A DNA stretch of 63,910 nt, the filler included, from Octopus bimaculoides (Eukaryota): the NCBI RefSeq assembly GCF_001194135.2. It is 5 parts of 5 records of this genome, joined end to end, with 100 filler letters (N's around TTAATTAATTAA, not from the genome) between each part and the next. Parts side by side here need not be neighbours in the genome. Positions count along the whole stretch, not along the records: positions 1 to 14,607 come from NC_068997.1; 4 more parts are not named here. One strand, given 5' to 3'. The position numbers and the translations under genes are program-made. This document shows positions 1 through 12,212 of the stretch, in pieces. The first letter of the stretch is position 1, and the number at the start of each line of letters is the position of its first letter. The notes under the pieces are model-generated. The model worked only from the letters and a program-made list of their open reading frames with translations. It did no database searches and had not been told where the DNA came from.

Positions 1-31
<31 letters not shown>

Positions 32-733
32 ATTTATATAGACATACATATATATACATATTTATGCATATATATATTATGTATATATATTTGTGTGTGT
101 GTTTGTGTAGAGGGAGAGATACACATGCATATGTGCATATATGTGTTATACATACGAATGACAGAATCTATACAATATACATGATTTGTATTGAAAACAT
201 ATGTATAAATATTTCCCTATCTCTGTTTTTATCCTGACTTCTTTAAGTTTTCTACTATACAACCATTTGTTATGGTTTTATTGTTGCATTCTTGTTGTTA
301 GTGTCGTTGATTATACTAATCTTGCTTTTTCTTGTTGCTGTTGTTATCGTTGTGCTAATCATGTTTTTTTTTTTTCAAAATCTTGTTTCTTTTCCTTTTT
401 TTGATTTCTTTCTGTATTTTGGATTTTGTTCCCTGTCTCCCTATTGATATATAATAATAGCCTCTATTGATCCTGTTTCGATGCACGCTTCGTGTTAAGC
501 AGTGTTTCGGAATATACATCCAGGAGCATGTGTATGTATGTGTATGTATATGTGTGTGTAAGAGAGAGAGAGAGAGAGTGTGTGTGTGTGTGTGTGTGTA
601 TGTATATTTATGTATATATATATATATATTTGTTGTTTTTATTGTGTTGCAGTAGTTATTGCTGGTGTTGTAGTTTTTGTTGTTGCTACTGTTGGCTTTG
701 CGGTTGATGTTGCTATATTTGTCATGTGTGCAG

Positions 734-735
<2 letters not shown>

Positions 736-765
<30 letters not shown>

Positions 766-790
766 CTTCTTCTTCTTCTGCTTCTTCATC
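736..790. repeat. (CTT)n microsatellite
   Basis: Direct reading; it produces the poly-K/poly-L ORF artefacts. Confidence 0.97.
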
Positions 791-2385
791 ATGTCTTTCA
801 CTTGACCTTTGAACTTCAGTTGTCCTGAAAAAGGAAATTGATAACTGAGATCAGATCGGAAACTTCTATCTATTGCTAAGAACTTAATAATAGCAGAATG
901 GTTTAAAAATCTACTTTCCAATGATGAATTCTCATGTTGTGTTCGGTCCCACTACGTGGCACCTTATAATGGTTTATTCAAGCAAATACTTTATATATAC
1001 TTCACTACAAAGAATAAAAATCAGTGGAGAAAGCATGTGTGTTACCCTGTCGTCTGCTTGTATTTCAAAGAGCCGACCTTGTCACATACTGTGGCAGGTT
1101 AAGTTTATCTCAAGATTATATCAATGATATTCGTGAATGCAAAACATTCAGTAACTCACTCTAATATTCAATGAATAGATAAATCCATTGATCGAACATC
1201 TGAAATAATGATTACCAAAGTCGATACGCGATCGATTTATGCTGCCTTAAATAGGAATCTCCTGTAGAATATCACTCATTGGGCATAAAATCAGTATTTT
1301 ACGGAGTAAGTTCAAACAGCGGTATATCTATGTTTCTTTATATGCTAGGCTTCATTTTTTGGATCGATAAAATAACATGATGTAATATATAATGATCGAT
1401 TAAATAGATTACATGTAATCTTTATGAAGGTTTGGCCTCGTATCAATCCAACGAATCAATAATATTTTTTTTCTTAAGAATGGCACTGGAGAATGGAATA
1501 CTCCATATGTATAAGATTTGAATTTCTACAATCCAAGTTCAAACTTAACTCAGTTTGACTTTGCCTTTTATTATTTTCTTTCCTCCCTTCGGCATAAGGT
1601 ACCTGTAACCCTTTTGGTGGCCTTCTCGGCAACTTCAATGTGCATGCTATGGAATTTTCCTGGGAAAATACCAAGACGTTTTCCGATCTGCTTACTTCAG
1701 CTTGTAAGTTATACACAGTCCTGAGGTAATGGAAGAGAGATTAAAGATTAAATAACTCCGGGCGATTAGAATTTTGATACGAATAAAATGGAAAACTAAG
1801 TTCAACTAATTTAAATGGAAATAACTTGTAGAGCAGAGTTTCTCAACCATTTGGTTTATCTACGGACCCATTTGATCACTATTTTATTCTGGTGCCCCCC
1901 CACCCCCACCCATAGAAACTTTTTTCAGGTGGACTCCCACAGAAACATTTTGAAAATTTCAATTTTGTTTTTCACACGTTAACTTGTGTAGGTTGTTATT
2001 ACAAATCACAGCGATTGTTTCCCTACATCAGTATCAGCTTGTAGTGCAGAACATTATATATATTATGCACATTATTTCATTCATATGATCCAACACTAGC
2101 TGAATACATGCACTCTTCATTGAGCAGAATCCAAGCCACTGCTAAATCATCTTTGGTTTCTCTTTTCACCATCATGTTATTTTTAGCATTCCATTGACAA
2201 AGAACTACAGGGAAATACAGCGAGTTAGAAAGGAGAGATATAATGTACATATTGTTCGAATATGTAAAGCAGGTTACCAACCGAGCGTTTATTGTTGGTC
2301 TGATTCAATAATATTGGAAGCATCAAATTTGCCGTGAAGGAACAAGTGTACATGATATTCACTATATATATATATATATATATAT

Positions 2386-2601
2386 CTTGCCATATCGCGG
2401 TTCACCTATCACGGTTCACCACAGTCTAGTATTTAAGCTTACGTCCGTGGTGTTGTCTTGCATTTATAGAAAAATAAATATATACAAATTATACATATAA
2501 TGAAGCAAAATATACACTACAGTACTGTTTCTACTTCGCAGATTTACACATATTGCAGGGCATTTGGGAACGTAACACCCGCGATAGTCGAGTGATTGCT
2601 G
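2386..2601. mobile_element. MITE (Tc1/mariner/pogo-type), copy 1; left TIR eroded
   Basis: Body is similar to 55948-56204 (gcggttcacctatc.cggttcacc ... gcgatagtcgag). Right end gcgatagtcgagtgattgctg is followed by TA; left end runs into a (TA)n tract. Confidence 0.75.
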
Positions 2602-3804
2602 TATGTATATATATATATATATATATATATNNNNNNNNNNNNNNNNNNNNNNNNNNNNNNNNNNNNNNNNNNNNNNNNNNNNNNNNNNNNNNNNNNNNNN
2701 NNNNNNNNNNNNNNNNNNNNNNNNNNNNNNNNNNNNNNNNNNNNNNNNNNNNNNNNNNNNNNNNNNNNNNNNNNNNNNNNNNNNNNNNNNNNNNNNNNNN
2801 NNNNNNNNNNNNNNNNNNNNNNNNNNNNNNNNNNNNNNNNNNNNNNNNNNNNNNNNNNNNNNNNNNNNNNNNNNNNNNNNNNNNNNNNNNNNNNNNNNNN
2901 NNNNNNNNNNNNNNNNNNNNNNNNNNNNNNNNNNNNNNNNNNNNNNNNNNNNNNNNNNNNNNNNNNNNNNNNNNNNNNNNNNNNNNNNNNNNNNNNNNNN
3001 NNNNNNNNNNNNNNNNNNNNNNNNNNNNNNNNNNNNNNNNNNNNNNNNNNNNNNNNNNNNNNNNNNNNNNNNNNNNNNNNNNNNNNNNNNNNNNNNNNNN
3101 NNCCCCACACACACACACACAGAGAAACCTACACGCATATATACACTTCTATGTACTTAATCGGAGCTTTTGAACAGCTTTAATGCTACGTTGAAACAGA
3201 GAATAGGAAAGTGGTTGAAAAATGACAAACACAAAAATATGAAAAATTAATATAAATAAAAGTTTTGTTTTTTTTTAAATTGAAAAGAAGACAAAACTGA
3301 ATAAATTCTGGGTGAACTCAACGGCACATATAATGCTTTCATTATGAAATAGATAGAAAACAATTTAAGGTAGGCTGTGTAAACTTCGTTGTATTCCTTT
3401 CACAAACCGGATTAGTTCGACATAACAAATATATATAGAGATAAAACAAATTTTATAAATAAAATGTTTATGCATACAGTTATATAAGCACAAACGCACA
3501 CAGAAACACACACATAAACGTATGTATACGTATGTGCATATAAATATATACATACGTGTGTGTGTATGTTAATGTAAAAATTTAATAAATTTAACATCAC
3601 TTTGTAAGCAACAATACGAACAATGATGACGAAAGTGACTGCTTCTGTTACTTCTTAGAATGTAGAAGTTATGCATTTTTTGCCTGGTCAAATGTCCATT
3701 CGTCATGACGACCACGACCTCCCGACTGTAAAAACCATCCCATCACCAGCACTTCGTATAACCCTCATGAAGACAACAAAAAGAAAGCCCATATTCACCA
3801 CCCT

Positions 3805-4035
3805 CAATAACAACAATAATCTTTCTACTAAAAACACAAGGCCTGAAATTTGCTGGGAGGGGTTCTAGTCGATTACCTCGACGCCAGTGCTTGACTGGTA
3901 TTAATTTTAGCGACACCTAAAGGATAAAAGGTAAAGTCGACCACAGCGGAATTTGAACTCAGAACGTAGCGACGAGTGAAATACCGCTAAGTATTTCGTC
4001 CAGCGTGCTAACTATTCTGCCAGTTCACCGCCTTA
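3805..4035 (-). mobile_element. tRNA-derived SINE family B
   Basis: Reverse complement begins aaggcggtgaactggcagaatagttagc (A box) ... gagttcaaattccgc (B box) and matches the plus copies at 50527 and 63314. Confidence 0.88.
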
Positions 4036-4055
4036 AAAACAACGATAATACTTCT

Positions 4056-4250
4056 AAAAGCAGACATTTTGAGGAAGGGACATTCAATTACATCGACACC
4101 AGTACACAACTGGTATTTATTTTATCGACCCGGAAATGATAAAAGATAAAGTCGACCTCAGAGGAAATTGAACTCAGAACGTAGCGACGGGTCAAATAAC
4201 GCTAAGTATTTTGTCCAGCGCGCTAACGATTCTGCCAGCTTGCCGGGTTA
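4056..4250 (-). mobile_element. tRNA-derived SINE family B, second tandem copy
   Basis: Same head (ctggcagaatcgttagcgcg ... gagttcaatttcc) and body as the adjacent copy. Confidence 0.85.
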
Positions 4251-5589
4251 CCAACAACGCTAATAATATCGATGTTCTACGGTAGCTTCTACGGTGACAC
4301 TTGTTCTGTTATAAAAGGGCAAATAACAGATTTATTAAATCGTTATCTACAAGGTTATATGAATGCGATACGTTGCTGATTCGCAACGCCATCTTTATCT
4401 TTTCTTGTTTTTTTTTTTTAAGGTGATACAAGAAACTATTAAAACTATAATCATTACTAACACACGCACACACACACAAGTTCCATACGAACACATATAC
4501 AGAAGCAACGATTACTAAGAAGCAGAGATATGTTCGATATGATAACAAGTAATATTGTATTATTCATAATCCGTAGATGAACCACCGAGTAAACATACCA
4601 GTGGCCGCGTCGAATACGTAGAAATAGCAACCAAATCTACTTGAAGTTCCATTCTGCAGTATCTTGGTAAAAAGAAAATGGAGACAGAAAATGGTGGTTG
4701 AGTGAGGTCCATGACATATTGGATGAGAAAATGAAAAGAATATGTTGTTTTGTAAAGCAAAGAAACGAATGTCACCATTGGAAATTCTATGTGTCATAGC
4801 GTAGGTCTTTTGGATCAGAGATGGAGGAGGAGNNNNNNNNNNNNNNNNNNNNNNNNNNNNNNNNNNNNNNNNNNNNNNNNNNNNNNNNNNNNNNNNNNNN
4901 NNNNNNNNNNNNNNNNNNNNNNNNNNNNNNNNNNNNNNNNNNNNNNNNNNNNNNNNNNNNNNNNNNNNNNNNNNNNNNNNNNNNNNGGAGGAGGGGAGGA
5001 GGAGGTACACACGTATCGACATACTGATGCGCACACACATTCACATAAGTTAAGATTTTGGTGTAAGCGATCAATCAGTAATTAATCAAATAAATGAACG
5101 CCATACAACAGATTCAACAAAATATTGTTGGTATGTAAGCAAGTATGATTCGGGATGTAGCCGAAAGGTCAAAAGTAGCTGGTGATAAATTGTGTCGGTA
5201 GTAAATAGTTAATAGAATTGTTAAAACGAATTGAATTGACGTGTTGACAGACTAAAAGTGAAGCCCATGCTCGAAACGGGAGTCTTACTTCAAAAAAGTG
5301 ATATATGGGTTTCAAGCCTGTGAATGAATTCGCGGAATTTCGAAAGAAAGTAGGTGAAACTTAACATGTCCGACCATGCGTGAAATAGAAAGAATATCAA
5401 CAGTCTTGGGGGTTGATTAATAAGGAAAGATGGAAGCCTAACGAAAGTACAGCCATTGTCTGTAGCAATAAGTGCAGCATGCTCCAACATTTAAGCATGG
5501 AAATGGGTGAGATTTTTGAAGGGGCTACTGGAAATACCTGTCAAATCTTCAGTTCACACTGTCACTAATGGCGAGGTTCATCCAACATA

Positions 5590-5889
5590 GATACGCACAT
5601 ACATACAAACATACATACTTGCATACATACATACAAATATACGTACGTATGTACATGCATAAACAATACATACATACATGAGCGTGTTTAGATATGCAAC
5701 TACACGCATGAGGATACATACATAAAAGATACAAATCTGCACATACATACGTACATACATACATACATACATACAAAAATACCCTGTCGTTGATATTGAA
5801 ATTCCAATGAAGGAGTGTTGGATCTAGGTTAGAAACCAGTTCTTTCTCTATTGGCAAGAAATCTTGAAATAAACTGAATAATGACCTAC

Positions 5890-5920
<31 letters not shown>

Positions 5921-5925
5921 CATAC
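5590..5925. repeat. (TACA)n-rich simple repeat region
   Basis: Direct reading. Confidence 0.85.
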
Positions 5926-6317
5926 AGAAGAGAAATTGTATACAGTTGTAGAAATCATTTGCACAGCAGATGTTAACAGAAAGCTAATGATCGGCAAAAA
6001 AGAGAAGTACTTACGCTGTAGTACTGAGGAATCTAGTTTTTCTCTCCATATTAGTTCACAGGCTTATACCTGCATTTATTGGGGCACTGGGATATATAAC
6101 ACACTGACTAGTTACCAGTCTGGCGAAATTAGGCTTCTCAAAACCAGAAAGGAGAAAGCTGATTCGAAGACAATAGATCCAAGCCCTGAATGGAACTGCA
6201 AAAATCCGGCGAACGTTCCAGAAGTTTATCATTTAAGTCTAGACTTGCAGCTAGATGCATTAGAATACATACAAATCTGCACATACACGCACATACATGA
6301 ATACATACATGCATACA

Positions 6318-6349
<32 letters not shown>

Positions 6350-6369
6350 CGTATGTACATGTATATATA

Positions 6370-6990
6370 TTCTTTTATTCTTTTGCTTGTTTCACTTATG
6401 TGACTGCGGCCAAACTGGAGCACCACCTTGAGGTGTTTCAGTCGAAGACATCAACCGCAGGGATTTTTTTTTTACACATAGCGCTTATTTTATTGCTGTC
6501 CTTTGCCGAACCACTTAACACCCCAACACCGATTGTGAAGTGGTCATGTTCCTCGCTTTAAGGGCGTTGCAAAAGCCTGTTTGGGGCCCATCCTTCCGAC
6601 TTAGAAAAACTGAAGTCCCGCCGCAATATATGTATGAATCTGACAGAAGAATACGTTGAGTAATATCGTAATTAACTGATTCTCCTCTATTTTCTTTTTC
6701 TTTCATCCAGAGCCAGGAACTTTTCAGCAACCCTTGTATATATGTGTATGCGACTGCGTCGGTGTATGTGTGTGTGTGTATGTGTGTGTGTGTGTGCATG
6801 CGTGCGTGTGTGTGTGTATATGTATGTATACGAAGGCCTACTTTCATTTTCCATCTACACAATCCACTCAGAAGGTTTTGGTCAACCAGAGACAATACGA
6901 GAACATACTCTCCAGGGTGCCATACAATGCGACTGAACCTAGAACCCTTTAGTTGCGAACCAAACGTTTTACTATGCACCCACGTCTGCA
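6370..6990 (-). mobile_element. tRNA-derived SINE family A, diverged, interrupted by a MITE
   Basis: Tail tcttttattcttttgcttgtttca...gactgcggcc...ctggagcaccacc is the reverse complement of the 62678 copy's 3' end. The head and body at about 6830-6990 match the reverse complement of its 5' part. Confidence 0.75.
6545..6738. mobile_element. mariner-derived MITE nested in the SINE
   Basis: End agccaggaacttttcagcaacccttg-TA is the reverse complement of ggtgctgaaaagttcctgg at 61903. The internal sequence also matches 61897-62056 in reverse orientation. Confidence 0.7.
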
Positions 6991-7309
6991 TATTTATTTC
7001 GTTTCTATTTTATTTCTTCAAGTCCCATCATACTACTATGTTTTCTATTTACTTCTCTTCGTTTAAAAGAAAAAAAAAGTTTGCTCCATTTTCTTTATAA
7101 TACATTTAATTTTGTGTCACAGTTACATTGACTGCTTCCCCGCCCTTACACCCGTACCTTATTCCCCCTTACTTTTTGTGCGTTTCTTTCATTTGTGCTT
7201 TCCAACATTCTATTCTGTGGCCATCTTTCTATGCATCTTACGAACAGACATTAGCGTTTCTCTTTTTAAGCAGACATATGGACAGACATACGTTCACACA
7301 GATATCTCC

Positions 7310-7413
7310 CTCAGTACATATATATATATATATATATGGAGAGAGAGCTACATAGATAAACAGAGAGACAGGTAGATAGACAGATAAATAGATAGATAGT
7401 GAGGTACATAGAC

Positions 7414-7474
<61 letters not shown>

Positions 7475-7544
7475 TGCATATGTATATGCATATTTATACA
7501 TATATATGTGTGTATGTGTGTGTGTGTGGATGTGTGTATGCATT

Positions 7545-7598
<54 letters not shown>

Positions 7599-7694
7599 TG
7601 TGTATGTGTATATATATGTGTATATATGCGCTCATATACGTATATAATCATCAATATACGCATATATGTATGTGCAAACATACATACATATACT

Positions 7695-7734
<40 letters not shown>

Positions 7735-7760
7735 CATATACATGTGTTCGTGTGTATACG
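7310..7760. repeat. Compound (TA)n/(GATA)n/(TG)n microsatellite
   Basis: Direct reading. Confidence 0.95.
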
Positions 7761-8154
7761 AGAGAGGTAAAAAAAACTGTGAGTAAAGCACACAAATTAT
7801 AATAATAGTGTTAAAGTACTTGAACCTAGTTTTTCAGAAACTTTTGATTAAAGAACTCAATTTTCCGGCCTCCCACGTCGTTTCGATTTATTTTTATCTG
7901 TACTTTTCTTCTTTTCCCTGTTCATGATTATATTTTTCAACGTTTTATTTTCTTTTATATTACTGAATTTTTTCCCTCATCTGCGAATTACAAACGTGCA
8001 AAAGTTCTTACATTCAGTTACTAGCTAACAGCAGATGATAGTAAAAACTGAAAATTTGCTCTTTGTAATCGTTCTAGTGAATGCATCGGTAATTAAGCAT
8101 AATTCTGTGTATGTCTGCATTTGTGAACATATGCTCACGGCTCTTTGTAAGCCT

Positions 8155-8327
8155 CTTTTACTCTTTTACTAGTTTCAGTCATTTGACTGCGGCCATGCTG
8201 GAGAACCGCCTTTAGTCGAGCAAATCGACCCCAGGACTTATTCTTTGTAAGCCTAGTATTTATTCTATGGGTCTCTTTTGCCGAACCGCTAAGTTACGGG
8301 GACGTAAACACACCAGCATCGGTTGTC
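8155..8327 (-). mobile_element. SINE family A, 3' half only
   Basis: Close reverse complement of 62915-63085 (ggcggttctccagcatggccgcagtcaaatgactgaaac, with an agtaaaag tail). Confidence 0.9.
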
Positions 8328-9218
8328 GCATGTTCTGCTCTTTCTGCATTTCTATCCCTTTTGTGCATCAGGTACTTGGTTGATATTACCTATTCCTGGA
8401 TTGAAAACGTATACCTTTCGTAGTGGGAGCTAGTACTCCAGCTATTGGTCCATGATTGACTGCTTTGGTGATCAATATTACTATCGTCACGGAGCTTTCT
8501 ACTAACATATCCATGCATAGTCTTGTGTTCATTTAGGCTCATCCTTTCGGCTGATGATACGTTGCGGTAGAGTTCTTTGCGGTGCAACTTCTTTGAGCTG
8601 CCTTCCGAGTCTTATGATGTGACCAGCCTCATGTAAGCAAACTTGGTCAAGAGATGGACTTTGACACTTGATGTTGCCGAAGGTATTTGATACGACATTC
8701 AAAGGCATTTTTGATCGATGTTAAGCCTCTACTGCCTTGTTTTCGTTTTAGATAGAGGTGGTCTAAATCACCGTTTATGCGGAAATTATATGTGTTTGTT
8801 AGTATTTTTCGGGTTTTCACATCAATGGCTCGGATCTCATCAAGCGTCCAATCAATCAGTCCAAATGTTAGTCTGAGTACTGGCATTGCAAACACATTGT
8901 TGGCCACTGTTTTATTGAATGCACAGAGTTCTGAGGTCCAAATTGTCTTTATTCGTTTGTAATATTCTTTAGTGACATGTGATTTGTTACAGGTGCCATT
9001 GTAAGATATGCTTTCATCCACCCCTAGATACCTGTAATTTTCCTCGTTAAGTATAGGAGAAACAGTCAAATCATTAATGGAGATGTCGCTAGTCTGGCTT
9101 ATAGTTTTCTCCCTCTTCACAACCATATAACATTTATTCTGACCAAACTCCAACCCTACATCCTTTGAGAATGTTGTAACTAGATCAAGCCACTTTTTCA
9201 TCTCCTGCATATTCTTTG
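8328..9218 (-). mobile_element. R4/Dong-like (RLE-type) non-LTR retrotransposon fragment, RT C-terminal part and downstream region
   Basis: ORF 8647-9210 has YRYLG, KTRKILT and DLDHLYLKRKQG.RGL motifs. The next frame has MHGYV..ID...S.SW...FSIQE, typical of R4-clade ORFs. Stops and frameshifts are present. Confidence 0.85.
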
Positions 9219-11571
9219 CATATTCTTTGCATATATGTATGTATGAATGTATGTATGTATGTATGTATGTATGTATGGCAATTATTGAAAAAAGAAAGCG
9301 CTGTCTTCGCTTCCAAGCTTCTAAAGTGCTAGTATCTGGTTTACTCCCTTTCTGACTGTTATGGCTGCTGTCTTATTTCTTCACACTAACCAATGCAACC
9401 AAAACATTTTCCCCTTTTCAAAGTTTGACATATTTATTAGACAAGATGTTCGGCATTAAGTAAGTTAGTGACATTTGGCTTAGTAAAAAAGAAAATTGTC
9501 TCTAGTAAAGAAAGAAATGAATTTCTTATGTGTTTACCATTTCTGGGGAAAGTACCCAGTGCTTAACCAACTCCTGTGTTTATTTTATACGAAAATGCTT
9601 AAATGATAAATTGGCGAAACGGCGGCTCTGGAGCCAAAAGGCTGGCGATAACACATATGTTCCTGATATATAAATGACAGTCTAGCGCAGTGGTTAAATT
9701 GTTTATAGGAAAAAAATCGTCAATGCATTTCCTTCTACAGCTTTGCTACGTTCCTGTAAATATTTAGTATCAAATAACACTCATCGAAATTTGGTGATTA
9801 TGCTGGGTTACCATAACTCTCTAATATACAGGACATAATGAATTTTCTGTCGATTTACTTGACGAATATTCATTTACAGAATGAACTCAACACCCATCTA
9901 CATATTAAATTAATATGTAGATGGCTGAATATTCCATAGTTATGTGCAGCTATAATACAGTTCAAAGGCTGAATTATTGTGATAAAATACATGACTAGAC
10001 TGGATTTTTGAATTACTGGACAATTCGTCGGATGAAAGGTTTTAAAATGCTTCCGTCTCTCAAGTTTCACGCAGAATCTTAAGTTGCTTTGTTACGTTTT
10101 TCTCTTCGTGGGAGAGAATAGAGATACTGATTAAAACCAATCTGAGAAGTTATGCGAGTTTCTTTACAGCAAGAAGAAGTAAGTAAACACTATGAAAGTT
10201 AATGCGTTGGTATAACTCAGGCAACATGGTTCGAATATAGCGAGATAACAGGGTAACCGTTAGAGGGAGGAGTTCGAAAGGTAAAGGAAGGGGTGAAATA
10301 AAGTAAAGTAAAATAAAATAAAACAGGATAAAATATAAAATAAAAACGTAGTAGAGTACAAGGAGGTGTGTGATGACTCAATAATCGGGAAAGATTTAGG
10401 GATATAAAAGTTTTAACGGTTCTTTATCCTTCTATCTATCTATTGATCGATCCATCGATATATTGGACGATTGATTTATCCATCTATCTATTTGTTTATT
10501 GACCTGCCATTCTGTCTCTAAACTTAGTTATCTACCTAATATTACTTCTATTTTTTAATTTTTAGTTTAACTTGTCTTAATTTATTTTATTTTAACTTAT
10601 TATATTTCACCTTACTCGTTTACCTCCATAGCTTCTCCTCCTTACGGCACTACCTTGTTATCTCACTATACCATGAAATTTCCACAGTGTTTAACAGTAT
10701 TTACAGAGAAAATGATTTAGTATACGTTGTATCTTGCAAACTACTGATTTGCCGGCTGTTTGTTCAATGACCTCATCGAATATCGATACGTAGGGAAGGC
10801 ATTTATGTGTCTAATTGCTAAAATTTCTAGAAATCAATAATTATCCTCTTTCGACTAACACCATACTGCCTTAAAAACTGAATGGGCTCATGTGTATCAT
10901 GTACATATCCAGATGATAACTAACATTGGATGGTCTAAGGTGAAACACCTTTGGTCGTATGATGTCTGTTCAATCAATACTTAGTTAGTCCTGCACAAAA
11001 AAAACAGCAAATAGCACCAATGAATTCTGAGTATTTACTAGTGCTGGTTAAGTTTCACGAACCAAGAACCTTTCTATCGGCAATGAGCTAATATCCTATC
11101 CGCACAACCATCGATAGAGCATTTCTATTAAAATGGAAAGAAGCATCAATCAATTAGGTACTGAAATTTTTTGCACCATGATTGAACAGATTACCAAATG
11201 TCTGGCTAAATCATACTTATTAATATCGCAGATCTGAGTTCGTTGTGATATGGAAGAAAAATGATAGAAATTAAGAAAAAGAAAGAGAAACTAACAACAT
11301 TTTTCAGTTTAGCATACATACAGAGTTTTGTATCTCATAAAGATTATTTGTTTGAACTGGTGCTGCAAAATTAGCTGGCGATGTGTTTGGCATACGAACG
11401 AAATAATTGCGGAGTACTCGTCTCATTCTGTAATTTTCATTTTTCCGTGTCTTACATATGATTACTAACTACAAATTTTGATAAATATGATTTTAAGATA
11501 TAAGTAATATATTGTTAACATTTTGGGTAAGATATATATGTATTATACATGCATACAAATACCTATATAAC

Positions 11572-11621
<50 letters not shown>

Positions 11622-12136
11622 ATATATATATAGATATACATGCATATACGCGCAAAAAATACATATATATGTGAATATGTACATATACATAATTTATTTA
11701 TATATATTGAATACATATATATGTATGCATGCATGTATGTTTGCATGTATGTATGTAAGTATGTATGTTTGTGTATGTGTGTGTATTAATGTTTCGATAA
11801 ATTTATATATTTATGTTTTGTTTACTAATATATCGCAGTCATTTTGAAATATAAATACTAAGAATAACAACAATAACAAAAATTATACTAAATGAAGACA
11901 AGAACAAACAATGAAAAGGGAAAAGTGATAATATATTTCGAACGAACAGGGCAAATATATGTAAAAATCTGCAGGAAATTTGTACCAGCTAATAGGAAGA
12001 GCTAACGACCTCCATCACAATAACGGGTGATTACAACATTTGAAAATAGTATAATGATATGCTGAAATGGTAAATCTTGAAAACACGATCAAAAGAACTG
12101 ATACCGACATTTTACATACATACTTACATATATATT

Positions 12137-12212
<76 letters not shown>

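Noticed and set aside
355-921. 188-aa ORF with a poly-Lys tract
   Set aside because: It is the translation of (CTT)n and (TG)n/(TA)n repeats, with no domain motif or splice support.
2077-2280. Minus-strand ORF with faint resemblance to a Helitron helicase C-terminus
   Set aside because: The key motifs (KSQG, HGQLYVA) are absent; similarity is too weak.
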